DNA of 64,000 nucleotides from an uncultured Acidobacteriota bacterium (GTDB lineage Bacteria; Acidobacteriota; Thermoanaerobaculia; Multivoradales; UBA5704): NCBI GenBank assembly GCA_963770895.1, contig CAVYRF010000002.1, positions 4,928,001 to 4,992,000 of the forward strand, read 5' to 3'. Shown piece by piece: positions 55,306 to 64,000 of this stretch (position 1 is its first letter; each line of letters starts with the position of its first letter). The notes under the pieces were generated by a model. It saw only the letters and a program-made list of their open reading frames with translations, ran no database searches and was not told where the DNA came from. The position numbers and the translations under genes were made by a program.

Positions 55306-55467
55306 AGTGTCCCGCCCAGTTGGTTCGCATGGTATTCGCTTGCCCTCCGGCCCCCTGGCGGCGTTGCGCCTCCTCGACATAAGTTTCGACTATGCCTGCG
55401 TCGGCGCGCCTAGCCAGTGGACCGGATTGCAGCGCGACTACCAAGCGAACCAACCGGGCGGGGCACT
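55306..55467. repeat. 162-bp long-hairpin element with terminal inverted repeats (MITE/REP-like)
   Basis: Left AGTGTCCCGCCCAGTTGGTTCGCATGGTA versus right TACCAAGCGAACCAACCGGGCGGGGCACT (about 29-bp imperfect IR); ends overlap CCAG/CTAG; nested internal stems. Confidence 0.75.
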
Positions 55468-57862
55468 AGCGATCCGGCTCTCCATGCCCGGCGCCGACCG
55501 GCGCCGGCGCTGGGGCGGGCGACGCCGCGGGCGAGGGGGCGGCTCCTGCACCTGCCGCGGTGCCGTTGGGCTGCGCGGCAGGTCGGGCGCCTTCCGCCGG
55601 CACCGCGGGCGGTGCGGGTGATGGGGCGCCGTCGGACCCGCCGGTCGGTCGAACGTCGTGCCAAAAGGTGTGCGCCGGCGGCGGGGGGGCACCCGCGTCC
55701 GCGTGGCTCGGGGCGCCGTCGGTGGCGGCGGCGGCATCCCGGCTGTCGGGCGCATCGCCCACGGCCGCGGTGTCGCCCTGGTGGGCGCCGGTGCGCTTGT
55801 TGCGCTTGCGTCCGCCGCGCCGCCGCTTGCGACCGCGCCGCGCCTCCGCCGCCTCTTCACCTTCCGGGGTGGTGGCGCCGCCTGCACCGCTGGCGGCGAT
55901 GGATCTGCCGGTTGCCGCGGCTCTGGACGCTGCCGGGTGGTCGCCACCGCCGGACATGCCCGCGGCCGGGGGGGTGGCTGCTGCGGGGTCTGCCGCCATG
56001 GCGGCGGCAGGCCTGGCGTTGCGGCCGCCCTGGCGGGCGCCTTCGCGATTCCGCTCGCGGTCCGGCGCCGCCGTCGCGGTACCGCCTCCGGCGCCGGCGC
56101 CGGCGCCGGCGCCGCGCCGCGCCGTCTGGTCGCGCCGCCTGGGTTCCGCGGCGGGGCCGGCATCGCGGCGCCCGGCGCCGCTCCGCTCGCGGCCGCCGCG
56201 GCTGCCGCGCCGGCCTGGCCGCTGCGGGCGGCCGGTGGTGGCGGTCGGGTCGGTGTCCTCGGGGGCTTCGACGTCCGCCGGTTCTTCGGCCAGAGGGGGC
56301 GGCGGCTCCTGGCCGGTCGCCGCCAGCGTCAGGTCCCAGGGCTTGAGCGCCGCGGCGGCCGGCTTGGGCTGCGTGGTCGCAGCGGCGGCGGCGCGCTCGC
56401 GCTTGGTCCATTCGATGCGCTCGTCAGGCCGGTGCATCCCGGCGGCGGCGATCACTTCGATGTGGATGTCGAACTCCCGTTCCAGCGCGGCCATCTCCTG
56501 GCGGCGGCTGTTCTGCATCGCGTCGGCCAGCTCGGGGTGGAGGGCGATGCGCACCGCCTGCACCAGGCCCGAGGCGGCGCGCGCTTCGACGCGGCGCAGC
56601 AGGTTGAGCGTCACCATTTCCGGGCTGGCCAGGCGGCCGGTGCCGTCGCAGGTGGGGCAGGAGCGGTGGGTGCGCAGCTGCAGCGCCTGCTGGATGCGCT
56701 GGCGGTTGATCTCCAGGAGGCCGTTGGGGCTGATCCGCCCGACGGTCGAGCGCGCTTTGTCGGCCTTCATCGCGTCGCGCACCGTCTTTTCGACGCGGCG
56801 CTGGTTTCTGCTGGCGCGCATGTCGATGAAATCGACCACCACCAGGCCGCCCAGGTCGCGCATGCGCAGCTGCCGGGCCACTTCGGCCGCCGCCTCCAGG
56901 TTGGTGTTGACCGCCGTCTCTTCCTGCGTCGCGGCGCGCGTCGAGCGCCCGGAGTTGACGTCGATCGCGGTCAACGCTTCGGTGGCGTCGATGACGATCG
57001 AACCGCCGCTCGGCAGCGACACCCGGCGTTCGTAGATGCGGTCGATCTGCGGCTCCAGGTCGAAGCGGCTGAACAGAGGCAGGCGGTCTTCGTAGCGCAC
57101 CAGGTTGATCTTGGCGCGCGGCATGAACGCCTGCAGGTATGCCTCCGCCTTTTGAAAGGCGGCTTCGTCGTCCACCATCACCTCTTCGATCGAGCTGTCG
57201 AGGTGGTCGCGCAGCGCCTGCACGATCAGGTCCTGGTCGCTGTACAGCAGGCGGCTCCCCTTGCCGGTCACCGCCGCGGTCTGCACCCGCTTCCACAGCC
57301 GCAGCAGCGCCGCCAGGTCGCGGCCGATGGCGGTCTTGTTCTGGTCGAGCGCGTTGGTGCGCACGATCATGCCGCACCCTTCGGGGAGCTCCAGGTTGGC
57401 CACCAGCGCTTTGAGCTTGCGCCGCGTCTCCTCCTCCTCGACCTTGCGCGACACGCCGCGCGTATCGTCGAAGGGGGTGAGCACCAGGTAGCGGCCGGCC
57501 AGCGACAGGCTGGTGGTCAGCGACGACCCCTTCTGGCCGATGGCGTCGCGCGCCACCTGCACCACGATCGGCTTGCCGCGCTCCAGCACCTCTTCGATGC
57601 GCGGCTGACCGCGCGGCGCGTGGTAATACGCTTCGGGCACCACGTCCTGGATCGCCAGAAAGCCGTGCCGCTCGGCGCCATAATCGATGAACGCGGCGTT
57701 CAGGCTGGGCTGGATGTTGGCGATGGTGCCGCGATAAATATTGCCGCGAGTCAGGCCAGATTCCGCCACGTCCACCTGGAAGTTCTCCAGGGCCGTGTCG
57801 CGGACGATGGCGATCCGCAGCTCTTCCGGACGCTGCGCGTTGATGAGCATTCTGCGCGTCAA
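55466..57862 (-). CDS. rne: Rne/Rng family ribonuclease (RNase E-like) with disordered C-terminus
   Basis: MLINAQ..EELRIAIV, GNIYRG, AAFIDYG..RHGFL, TEALTAIDVNSGR, RQLRMRDLGGLVVVDFIDM, CPTCDGTG, and an Arg-rich tail. Confidence 0.93.
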   Translation of the reverse strand: MTRRMLINAQRPEELRIAIVRDTALENFQVDVAESGLTRGNIYRGTIANIQPSLNAAFIDYGAERHGFLAIQDVVPEAYYHAPRGQPRIEEVLERGKPIVVQVARDAIGQKGSSLTTSLSLAGRYLVLTPFDDTRGVSRKVEEEETRRKLKALVANLELPEGCGMIVRTNALDQNKTAIGRDLAALLRLWKRVQTAAVTGKGSRLLYSDQDLIVQALRDHLDSSIEEVMVDDEAAFQKAEAYLQAFMPRAKINLVRYEDRLPLFSRFDLEPQIDRIYERRVSLPSGGSIVIDATEALTAIDVNSGRSTRAATQEETAVNTNLEAAAEVARQLRMRDLGGLVVVDFIDMRASRNQRRVEKTVRDAMKADKARSTVGRISPNGLLEINRQRIQQALQLRTHRSCPTCDGTGRLASPEMVTLNLLRRVEARAASGLVQAVRIALHPELADAMQNSRRQEMAALEREFDIHIEVIAAAGMHRPDERIEWTKRERAAAAATTQPKPAAAALKPWDLTLAATGQEPPPPLAEEPADVEAPEDTDPTATTGRPQRPGRRGSRGGRERSGAGRRDAGPAAEPRRRDQTARRGAGAGAGAGGGTATAAPDRERNREGARQGGRNARPAAAMAADPAAATPPAAGMSGGGDHPAASRAAATGRSIAASGAGGATTPEGEEAAEARRGRKRRRGGRKRNKRTGAHQGDTAAVGDAPDSRDAAAATDGAPSHADAGAPPPPAHTFWHDVRPTGGSDGAPSPAPPAVPAEGARPAAQPNGTAAGAGAAPSPAASPAPAPAPVGAGHGEPDR

Positions 57863-58096
57863 AGGGTTCTCCGTTCGTGGCCAGATTGCCGGCGGAGCCG
57901 TGGTTCGGATCGCCCGAGGGTCGCAGGGGGCTTGCACGCAAGGGACCCCAGGCTCTGCCGCCGCAGGGAGGCACCCGGCCAGGCACACCATGGCCCCGCC
58001 GGTCGCCCTACCTGCTCATTGTGGCCCGCCAGGCCGTGCCGCCGCAACTCCGGGCCCTCGCGCCGGGGGGCGCGCAGGCCAGCGCCCCCCGCATCC

Positions 58097-61000
58097 CTAC
58101 GGCAGCCGCGCTTCCACCGTGCTGTCCGCGGGTACGTCCACCACCTGTGCGGGACCGGCGCCGCCGAGCGACACGGCATAGGCGCCCGCCGGCAGACCGC
58201 GGACCGCCGGAGCCCCGGTGCCGGCGGCGGGCGGCGCTCCCAGCTCTTGCAGCATCCATGAAAGGTTCCAGCCGTCGGTCGAGACCAGCTGCAGGAGGCC
58301 CGTCCGGGTGGAAACGACCTGGATCGCCCCATGCCCGGCGGCATCGATCGCCAGCGCCAGGCCTTGCTGGGCGGCATCCCAGGACGTCCAGGTCCCCAAC
58401 GCCCACAGGCCGCCGGCATATGCCGCCGCCCGCACCGCCGGCGGTTCGGCCCCCTCGATGCCGGCGGTCGCCTGCCCGTCGGCGCCGGTCGTCAGCAGGC
58501 GCTGGCCGAGCCCCTGCTGCTCCAGGAAGACGAACGCGCCGGCGACCGGTGCGCCGGCGGCGGTCGTCACCTGGATGGCGATCTTGGGTGCCGCGTCGTC
58601 GCTCAGCACCAGCGTGACCGGATCGAGGGCGCCGTCCGCCAGGGTCGCCGGGGCCGCCAGGGTCGTCGAAGGCGGCGGGCTCGCTGGGTCCGCCGTGTTT
58701 GCCGGGTCCGCCGAGGTCGCCGGGTCCGCCGAGGTCGCCGGGTCGGCACCCAGGTCCACCCGCAGCGGACGGCTTGACAGTGTGCCCTGCTGCGCCTGGA
58801 GGGTGGCGGTGCCCGGCGGCAGCCCGCCCAGGACGAAGCTCCCGTCGTCGCCGCTGGTCGTCAGGTCGCCGCTGGTCAGCTCGCGTACGCGGGCGCCGGC
58901 GGCCGGCTTGCCATCCTTGCCGACGACGACGCCGGTGAGCGCGAATCCCGGGAAAAGCAGATCCATGGAGAAGCTGTCCGTGTCGGGGACCACGGCGGTG
59001 ATCGAACCGTAGAGCGTGCCGCCGCGCGGCGACCACGAGACCGACCAGGTGCCAGGAGCCAGATCCCGGGTCTGGAAGGTGCCGGCGTCGTCGACCGCGA
59101 CGTCGACCTGCGGCCGGCCCAGGCCGTAGACCTGTTGCTGGCGCAGGCCCGCCGGCGAATCGAGACTGTCGATCTGCGAGTCGCCCGGCGCAAGTCCGGC
59201 GTCGGTCGATTTCCAGACCAGGGTCCCGGCGCCCCCCGAGACGCCGCCAAACTTGACCAGTCCCTGGACCGCCATGGCCTTCTTGCCGCAATCGACCTCC
59301 ATGTCGCCGGCACCGTCGGCGACCGTGACCTGCTTGTCGCACACCAGCTTGTTGGCCGCGATGACAGAGACGGTCGCCTGGCCGGCTGGGACGTTGGGCA
59401 CCACCGCTTCGCCGCCGCGCACGTCGGCCTGCAGCATGTCGGGATCGAGCCACTGATTGCCCAGGTCCACCCGCGCGGTGGCGCCCTCCAGGTCGTCGTC
59501 GGTCGTGCGCTCCGAGGGCCGTACCAGGACGTGCAGCCGCGTGCCCGCGGAAACCGTCAGGTCGCCCAGGTCGATGGTGCCGTCCGCCGCCGGGTCCTGC
59601 GGCGCGACGTCCACCTGGGCGCGGGCGAAGCCGGCGGCGTCGATGCGCAGCCGCGCGGCACCTTGCTGCAAGCCGGCCAGCAGAAACCGCCCGTCGTCCC
59701 CGGTGCTGGTCTCCAGCAGGTCGCCGTTGGCCCAGGCCATCACCGGGCCGCCGGGGCCGGGTCGGGGCAGCCAGACGCGCGCGCCCGCGACGGGCGCCGG
59801 TGCCGGCGCCGAGGATGTGCCGGCGGCGCTCACCACCCGGCCGGTGACGTCGATTCCTGGCGGAGCCTGCAGGTCGCCGAGGTCGCGCAGCTCTCCCGCC
59901 GCGCCCGGCGCCACGGTGGTGTGCAGCGTGCGCACCTGAGCGCCGCTCAGCACCAGGTCGGCCGAGGCGCCGGGAGCGAGATCGACGCTGAATCGCCCGT
60001 CGTCGTCCAGGTGCTCGTGCCGATGACAGCCCGGCAGGTCGACCCGCAACTGGCCGCTTGCGACCGGCATTGCGCCGCCATCCACGAACCGGCCGCTGAC
60101 GGTGAAGGCGCGCGGCAGCATCAGGATCGCCTTGGCCGGGAACGGTGGATTGAGGCGGGAGCGAGCGGGCTGATGGCGGGCCGCCGAGCCCACCAGTGCG
60201 ATCGGCGCTTGGGGCAGGCCGTCGAGCACCGCGGCGCCGGCACCGTCCGTGACCGCGGCAATTCCTGGGCCGGCTTCGACGCGCGCCCCCGCTACGGGGC
60301 CGCCGGCGTCCCGCACCAACACCGCCAGATGACCGCCGCGTTCCAGCGTCCGCCGGCCCACGTCATGGCTGCCCGCTGTGGCCGGCAGCTGCTCGACCAG
60401 GGGCACGTAGCCGGCTTTGTGCATGCTGAGCGCCACCTGGCCGTGCGGTACGCCGGTGACGGTCCATTCGCCGCCGGCGCCGCTGGTGGCGTGGTACCGC
60501 ATCAGCTGCGATACCCCCTGACGCGCCCACGCCTGGACTTCCACGGCGACCCCCGCGAGCGGCCTGCCGAGGGAGTCGGCGACCCGGCCCGTCAGCGCGG
60601 CGCCGTGCGACAGTTGCACGACGCGCGGCAGCGCGCTCGGCCAGCCGCGCACGACCGCCGGTTCGTAGCCTGGCTGGAACACGCCTAACGTGACCTCGCG
60701 GCCGTCCGGCAGCCCAGCCGCCGTCAGGTGGTCGCCGCCGCGAAGGCTCGCCCAAAGCCGCTGGTCGCCGGCGGTCGCCGCTTCCAGCACGGATCCGCCC
60801 ACCGGTGCGACCGGGCGTCCCCGCTCGTCCACGACCGCGACGTCCAATCCCGCCGCCGGCACGCTGGCAAGCGTCACGTTCGCAACACGGGGCGGGGCGT
60901 CCATCCACCAGCCGCCCTCTCCCGCGCCGGCAACCCGCAGCCGCCACCGGTGCACGCCGTCGACCGGCAGCACCAGCCGACCATTTGCCGGCACCTGCCA

Positions 61001-61351
61001 CCGCGGCAGCGACCCTTCCGGCACGGCCTTCCACATGTCGATCGGCGCCGCGATCACGCCCAGGTCCGGCGGTGCCCGCCGGCCGCCGCGGACGACCTGC
61101 ACCACCAGCTGCCGCGGATCAGCGGGCAATGCCGCGCCGGCAGCCCGCGCCAACTCCGCGGGCGCTACCTGGCGCGGCGCCCTGTCCGCGGTCCAGACCC
61201 AGGCCGAGCGCAGCCGCGCCACGTCGGCCGGGGAAACCCGCGGATCGCCGACCACCGCGCTCACCGAGCTGTCCTGGTACACCAGACGCCACTGCGGCAC
61301 CCCCGTCAGTGCCGACGCCAGCAGCCAGAGCGCAAGCCAGTTGCCCATCAC
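58097..61351 (-). CDS. Secreted protein with multiple carboxypeptidase-regulatory-like (Cna-B-type) beta-sandwich repeats
   Basis: Signal peptide; repeated GRV.D..G.P.AGA.V...T..DG.F...GL..G motifs. Confidence 0.82.
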   Translation of the reverse strand: MMGNWLALWLLASALTGVPQWRLVYQDSSVSAVVGDPRVSPADVARLRSAWVWTADRAPRQVAPAELARAAGAALPADPRQLVVQVVRGGRRAPPDLGVIAAPIDMWKAVPEGSLPRWQVPANGRLVLPVDGVHRWRLRVAGAGEGGWWMDAPPRVANVTLASVPAAGLDVAVVDERGRPVAPVGGSVLEAATAGDQRLWASLRGGDHLTAAGLPDGREVTLGVFQPGYEPAVVRGWPSALPRVVQLSHGAALTGRVADSLGRPLAGVAVEVQAWARQGVSQLMRYHATSGAGGEWTVTGVPHGQVALSMHKAGYVPLVEQLPATAGSHDVGRRTLERGGHLAVLVRDAGGPVAGARVEAGPGIAAVTDGAGAAVLDGLPQAPIALVGSAARHQPARSRLNPPFPAKAILMLPRAFTVSGRFVDGGAMPVASGQLRVDLPGCHRHEHLDDDGRFSVDLAPGASADLVLSGAQVRTLHTTVAPGAAGELRDLGDLQAPPGIDVTGRVVSAAGTSSAPAPAPVAGARVWLPRPGPGGPVMAWANGDLLETSTGDDGRFLLAGLQQGAARLRIDAAGFARAQVDVAPQDPAADGTIDLGDLTVSAGTRLHVLVRPSERTTDDDLEGATARVDLGNQWLDPDMLQADVRGGEAVVPNVPAGQATVSVIAANKLVCDKQVTVADGAGDMEVDCGKKAMAVQGLVKFGGVSGGAGTLVWKSTDAGLAPGDSQIDSLDSPAGLRQQQVYGLGRPQVDVAVDDAGTFQTRDLAPGTWSVSWSPRGGTLYGSITAVVPDTDSFSMDLLFPGFALTGVVVGKDGKPAAGARVRELTSGDLTTSGDDGSFVLGGLPPGTATLQAQQGTLSSRPLRVDLGADPATSADPATSADPANTADPASPPPSTTLAAPATLADGALDPVTLVLSDDAAPKIAIQVTTAAGAPVAGAFVFLEQQGLGQRLLTTGADGQATAGIEGAEPPAVRAAAYAGGLWALGTWTSWDAAQQGLALAIDAAGHGAIQVVSTRTGLLQLVSTDGWNLSWMLQELGAPPAAGTGAPAVRGLPAGAYAVSLGGAGPAQVVDVPADSTVEARLP
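58684..58746. repeat. 18-bp coding tandem repeat (ADPATS x3-4)
   Basis: gggtccgccgaggtcgcc units. Confidence 0.8.
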
Positions 61352-61535
61352 CTTGCGATCAGAGAAAATCTAAGACGATCCGTACTTTCATGGCGTTGCT
61401 GGCGGGTGATGGCGAAGGGAGCGGTACGTTCAGCTGCCATTGACTCACTCTCCATGTCACCGGCTACGTTGCTTCCTGCTGGGAGTGCCGGGCCGTTGCC
61501 AGTGCCGGTCGCTCCCTCGGTATCGGTTTGCCCGC

Positions 61536-61820
61536 TCAATTCGAATAGTGGCAATAGACGTCATCGGTGGATGTAAACACGCAATCGCCAATCTGATAGC
61601 CGGGGTCGATCGAAATGCACTCCGTGCAGGTCGTCGTGGCGGTGCCGGCACACTGATAGGTACCGATGCCGCCGCTGTCGTCGGGAAAGTAGATTGGCGA
61701 AGAGTTGTTGTAAGTGATGCAGCCTCCGCTCGCGGCGCCGAAGCGCGCGAAGCCGAGAGCCCCAAACACCAGAAGAACTGCAACTGCCAGCAACCGCTGC
61801 GTTTTCGCCATGCTCGTCAT
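61536..61820 (-). CDS. Small secreted Cys-rich peptide (6 Cys)
   Basis: AGAAAGGA RBS; signal MAKTQRLLAVAVLLVFGALGFA; core GCITYNN...YQCAG..TTCTECISID..GDCVF..YCHYSN. Confidence 0.75.
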   Translation of the reverse strand: MTSMAKTQRLLAVAVLLVFGALGFARFGAASGGCITYNNSSPIYFPDDSGGIGTYQCAGTATTTCTECISIDPGYQIGDCVFTSTDDVYCHYSN

Positions 61821-61868
61821 CCTTTCTGGTCCTTTCTGAAAGTTGGCGATGGATATCCCTTTACACTT

Positions 61869-63008
61869 TCAATGGATGACAGCGGTTATCACCTGGGGTT
61901 GGGCAAAGTCCGGCCGGCCCATACCGCTGTCTTCGTAGAGCAGCAGCACCAGCTTTCCGTCACGCACGTCGCCGCGCAGGTGGGACCATGTGCTCACCCC
62001 GCGCAGCGGCAGCGGCAGTGTCGCCCAGGTGCCGTCAGGGTGGAGAATCCGCAGGTCCCATCGGGTGATGTGGTTCTCCACGGTGCGGATCACCAGGCCC
62101 GCACCTTGTTGCAGAGGGAGGATGGCATCGACGGTCCGCCTCATGTCGAGCCAGGCGACGCGCTGGCGGTAATCGACCCCAAGCTTGGCCGCCTGGGCAT
62201 TGGTGAGGCTGCCGCAATCCGTGTCGATACCCAGAGCAGTGGTGTCCCAGGTGCGGATCAGTTGACCGGTTGCGTTGAAGAGCGATGCGCCAGGTTGAAC
62301 GCCGGCGACGACCAGGAGAGTTCCGTCGGCCAGAAAACGCACCGCGCCCAATCCGAAGCTGCCGCAGGCAAGCATGCTGGTGGCGCCAGGGCCGGTCGCC
62401 GAAAAGACTATTGGCCGCAGGTCGGCCAAGCCTTGATCGAGCGAGCCGATCCAGGCGATGGCCCCATCGGGCGAGAAGTTGCGTTTTTCATCGGAGCGGA
62501 GGCCGACCACGGCCACCTGCTTGCCGCGTGCGTCGATGCCATGGACGTATTCGAAGGACTGCTCGACCAGTGCCGGCTCGCGAAGGCTCCGCCAGGCCAA
62601 TTCGAAGGCAGGCGGCGCGGCGACCAGGTAATCGCTGGATGCCGCAACGTGATAGGTAAGCCAAAGGCCCCCCGGCTTGGACCTGCCGGCAATCATTTCT
62701 CTCACGGTTGGGATCTGGTCGGACCCGCGTGTGGCCGCGAGCGGCGCCTGGACCACTCCCTTGCTGCCCAGGGCGAAGTACAGCGAGTCGCTGCTCGCCC
62801 AGCGCACGTCCATTGCCGCCTTCAGCTGGGCCGGCAGCACCACCTGGCTCAACACCTGGAAGGTCGGCGCTGGCGATGTGGCACCGTTGGCGGTGCCGGC
62901 AACTCCAAGCGCCAGGGCCACCAGGAGAGACCACGCCAGAGCGTTCGTTCGAGTCCGGCGCCAGTCGATTTGGATACCCCGCGCGGGCATGCGCGGGATT
63001 GTATCCAT
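61869..63008 (-). CDS. Secreted hypothetical protein, probable beta-propeller
   Basis: Signal peptide (LLVALALGVAGTANG), then short beta-strand repeats (DVRWASSDSLYF, AVRFLADGTLLVV). Start position uncertain. Confidence 0.65.
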   Translation of the reverse strand: MDTIPRMPARGIQIDWRRTRTNALAWSLLVALALGVAGTANGATSPAPTFQVLSQVVLPAQLKAAMDVRWASSDSLYFALGSKGVVQAPLAATRGSDQIPTVREMIAGRSKPGGLWLTYHVAASSDYLVAAPPAFELAWRSLREPALVEQSFEYVHGIDARGKQVAVVGLRSDEKRNFSPDGAIAWIGSLDQGLADLRPIVFSATGPGATSMLACGSFGLGAVRFLADGTLLVVAGVQPGASLFNATGQLIRTWDTTALGIDTDCGSLTNAQAAKLGVDYRQRVAWLDMRRTVDAILPLQQGAGLVIRTVENHITRWDLRILHPDGTWATLPLPLRGVSTWSHLRGDVRDGKLVLLLYEDSGMGRPDFAQPQVITAVIH

Positions 63009-63211
63009 GTTTTCGCAATGCCGCAATGGTGACGATGATGCGCAAAGAGGCAATTCCTTGGACGTGGAGGGGGTGGCGAAGCCACCGACCCGACGGTGCC
63101 TCCAGCCCAGCCACGGCTGCCCAGGAGGCTAGCCCGGGGGGACTCGGCGGGGTGGTGGATGGCTGCAACGGTCGGGCGGGGTGGTATGATGGCTGAGCGG
63201 ATGTGGTTGCA

Positions 63212-64000
63212 ATGAGATGGCGCTGTAGGGAATCCAATTCACAACCAGGCTGCTTGCAGCGTGCACCGTCGCTCGGATGGTGGGCTGTGGCGTTGGCGAT
63301 GGTGGTGGCGCTGGGGGGTGCGGGCGCGGCGGGGGCGACGATCCCCTACGGCTGGCAGCAGGTGAGCCTGCCGTCGACGGGCTCTTACTTTCTGGTCTAT
63401 GTGCCGGCGAGCTGGAACCAGGCGGCGCCGGCTCCGTTGATCATCTTTTTGCATGGTGCGGGGGGGACGCCTGAGGACTATCAGGCGTATCTGTTCCCGG
63501 CGGCGGAGGCGGCCGGGGCGGTGGTGGCGGCGCCGCGGTCGGCTTCCGACCTGGGCTGGGGCGTTGGCAACGATCCCCTGACGGTGGCGGCGACGGAGGC
63601 GGCGGTGCAGGCGATGATGCCGATCGATCCGCTGCGGGTGAGCATCTCCGGGCATTCGGCGGGGGGCGCCTATGCGTACCTGCTGGCGTACGGCGCGGTG
63701 AGCCATTACAGCGCGGTGTTTTCGATGTCGGCGCCGTTTTACTCGGTCGCGTCGGTTGCCGACCCGCTGTACAAGGCGCCGATCCGCATGTATTACGGCA
63801 CGACGGACCCCAACTACACGCAGGGGGATTACGAGCAGCTGGAGGCGCAGTGGACGTCGCTGGGGATCTCGTACCAGACCGACATCGAAAATGGCTTCGG
63901 CCACGACTACTGGCCGCCCAGCACGCTGAGCAATGGGTTTCTGTTCCTGGTTGCCAACAGCTACGGGGTGACGTGCTTGCCCGACGCGCAGCACCTGTGC
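63212..64000 (+). CDS. Secreted alpha/beta hydrolase (PHB depolymerase/esterase-like), partial
   Basis: Manual translation: signal peptide, YVPASW...PLIIFLHGAGG, IDPLRVSISGHSAGG, YYGTTDP, GFGHDYW. Runs off the right edge. Confidence 0.85.
   Translation, partial: MRWRCRESNSQPGCLQRAPSLGWWAVALAMVVALGGAGAAGATIPYGWQQVSLPSTGSYFLVYVPASWNQAAPAPLIIFLHGAGGTPEDYQAYLFPAAEAAGAVVAAPRSASDLGWGVGNDPLTVAATEAAVQAMMPIDPLRVSISGHSAGGAYAYLLAYGAVSHYSAVFSMSAPFYSVASVADPLYKAPIRMYYGTTDPNYTQGDYEQLEAQWTSLGISYQTDIENGFGHDYWPPSTLSNGFLFLVANSYGVTCLPDAQHLC

Noticed and set aside
61348-61554. 68-aa ORF between the peptide and the large beta-sandwich gene
   Set aside because: Overlaps the peptide gene end, has no clear RBS or recognisable features; probably intergenic, though not excluded.
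63239-63994. 251-aa minus-strand ORF
   Set aside because: Antisense to the GHSAG alpha/beta hydrolase on the plus strand.

Overview
High-GC bacterial window. Gene content (tol-pal cluster, leuS-lptE, many Ala/Pro-rich secreted proteins, small Cys-rich peptides) suggests Acidobacteriota, probably Thermoanaerobaculia; this is inference. Left end (1-2403): nested insertion sequences. An IS256 element sits in IS21 istB, and a truncated ISAzo13 element ends on the stop codon of an RHS gene. 2403-33601: a 31-kb operon of two giant, apparently signal-peptide-bearing proteins. The first (6376 aa) has an HExxH metalloprotease, QxxDGxW alpha/alpha-barrel repeats, CARDB/FlgD-Ig/FN3/beta-propeller/discoidin/Calx-beta modules and a choice-of-anchor-A-like end. 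It overlaps the start of a 4023-aa RHS polymorphic toxin with a degenerate transglutaminase-like domain and a low-GC toxin tip, and no immunity gene follows. This pair is the best candidate for a poorly described toxin display/delivery system. The right half is mostly housekeeping: UbiB/ABC1 kinase, HMG-CoA reductase, fasciclin, cholesterol-oxidase-like GMC enzyme, ribH-nusB-leuS-lptE, rpsT, cpoB-pal-tolB-tolA-tolR-tolQ and an Rne/Rng ribonuclease. Interspersed are four small secreted Cys-rich peptides, an orphan lanthipeptide-like precursor, a 162-bp long-hairpin MITE-like element, and a cassette of a beta-propeller-like protein, a peptide and a carboxypeptidase-regulatory-like protein. All family assignments come from motifs read by eye; no searches were run.
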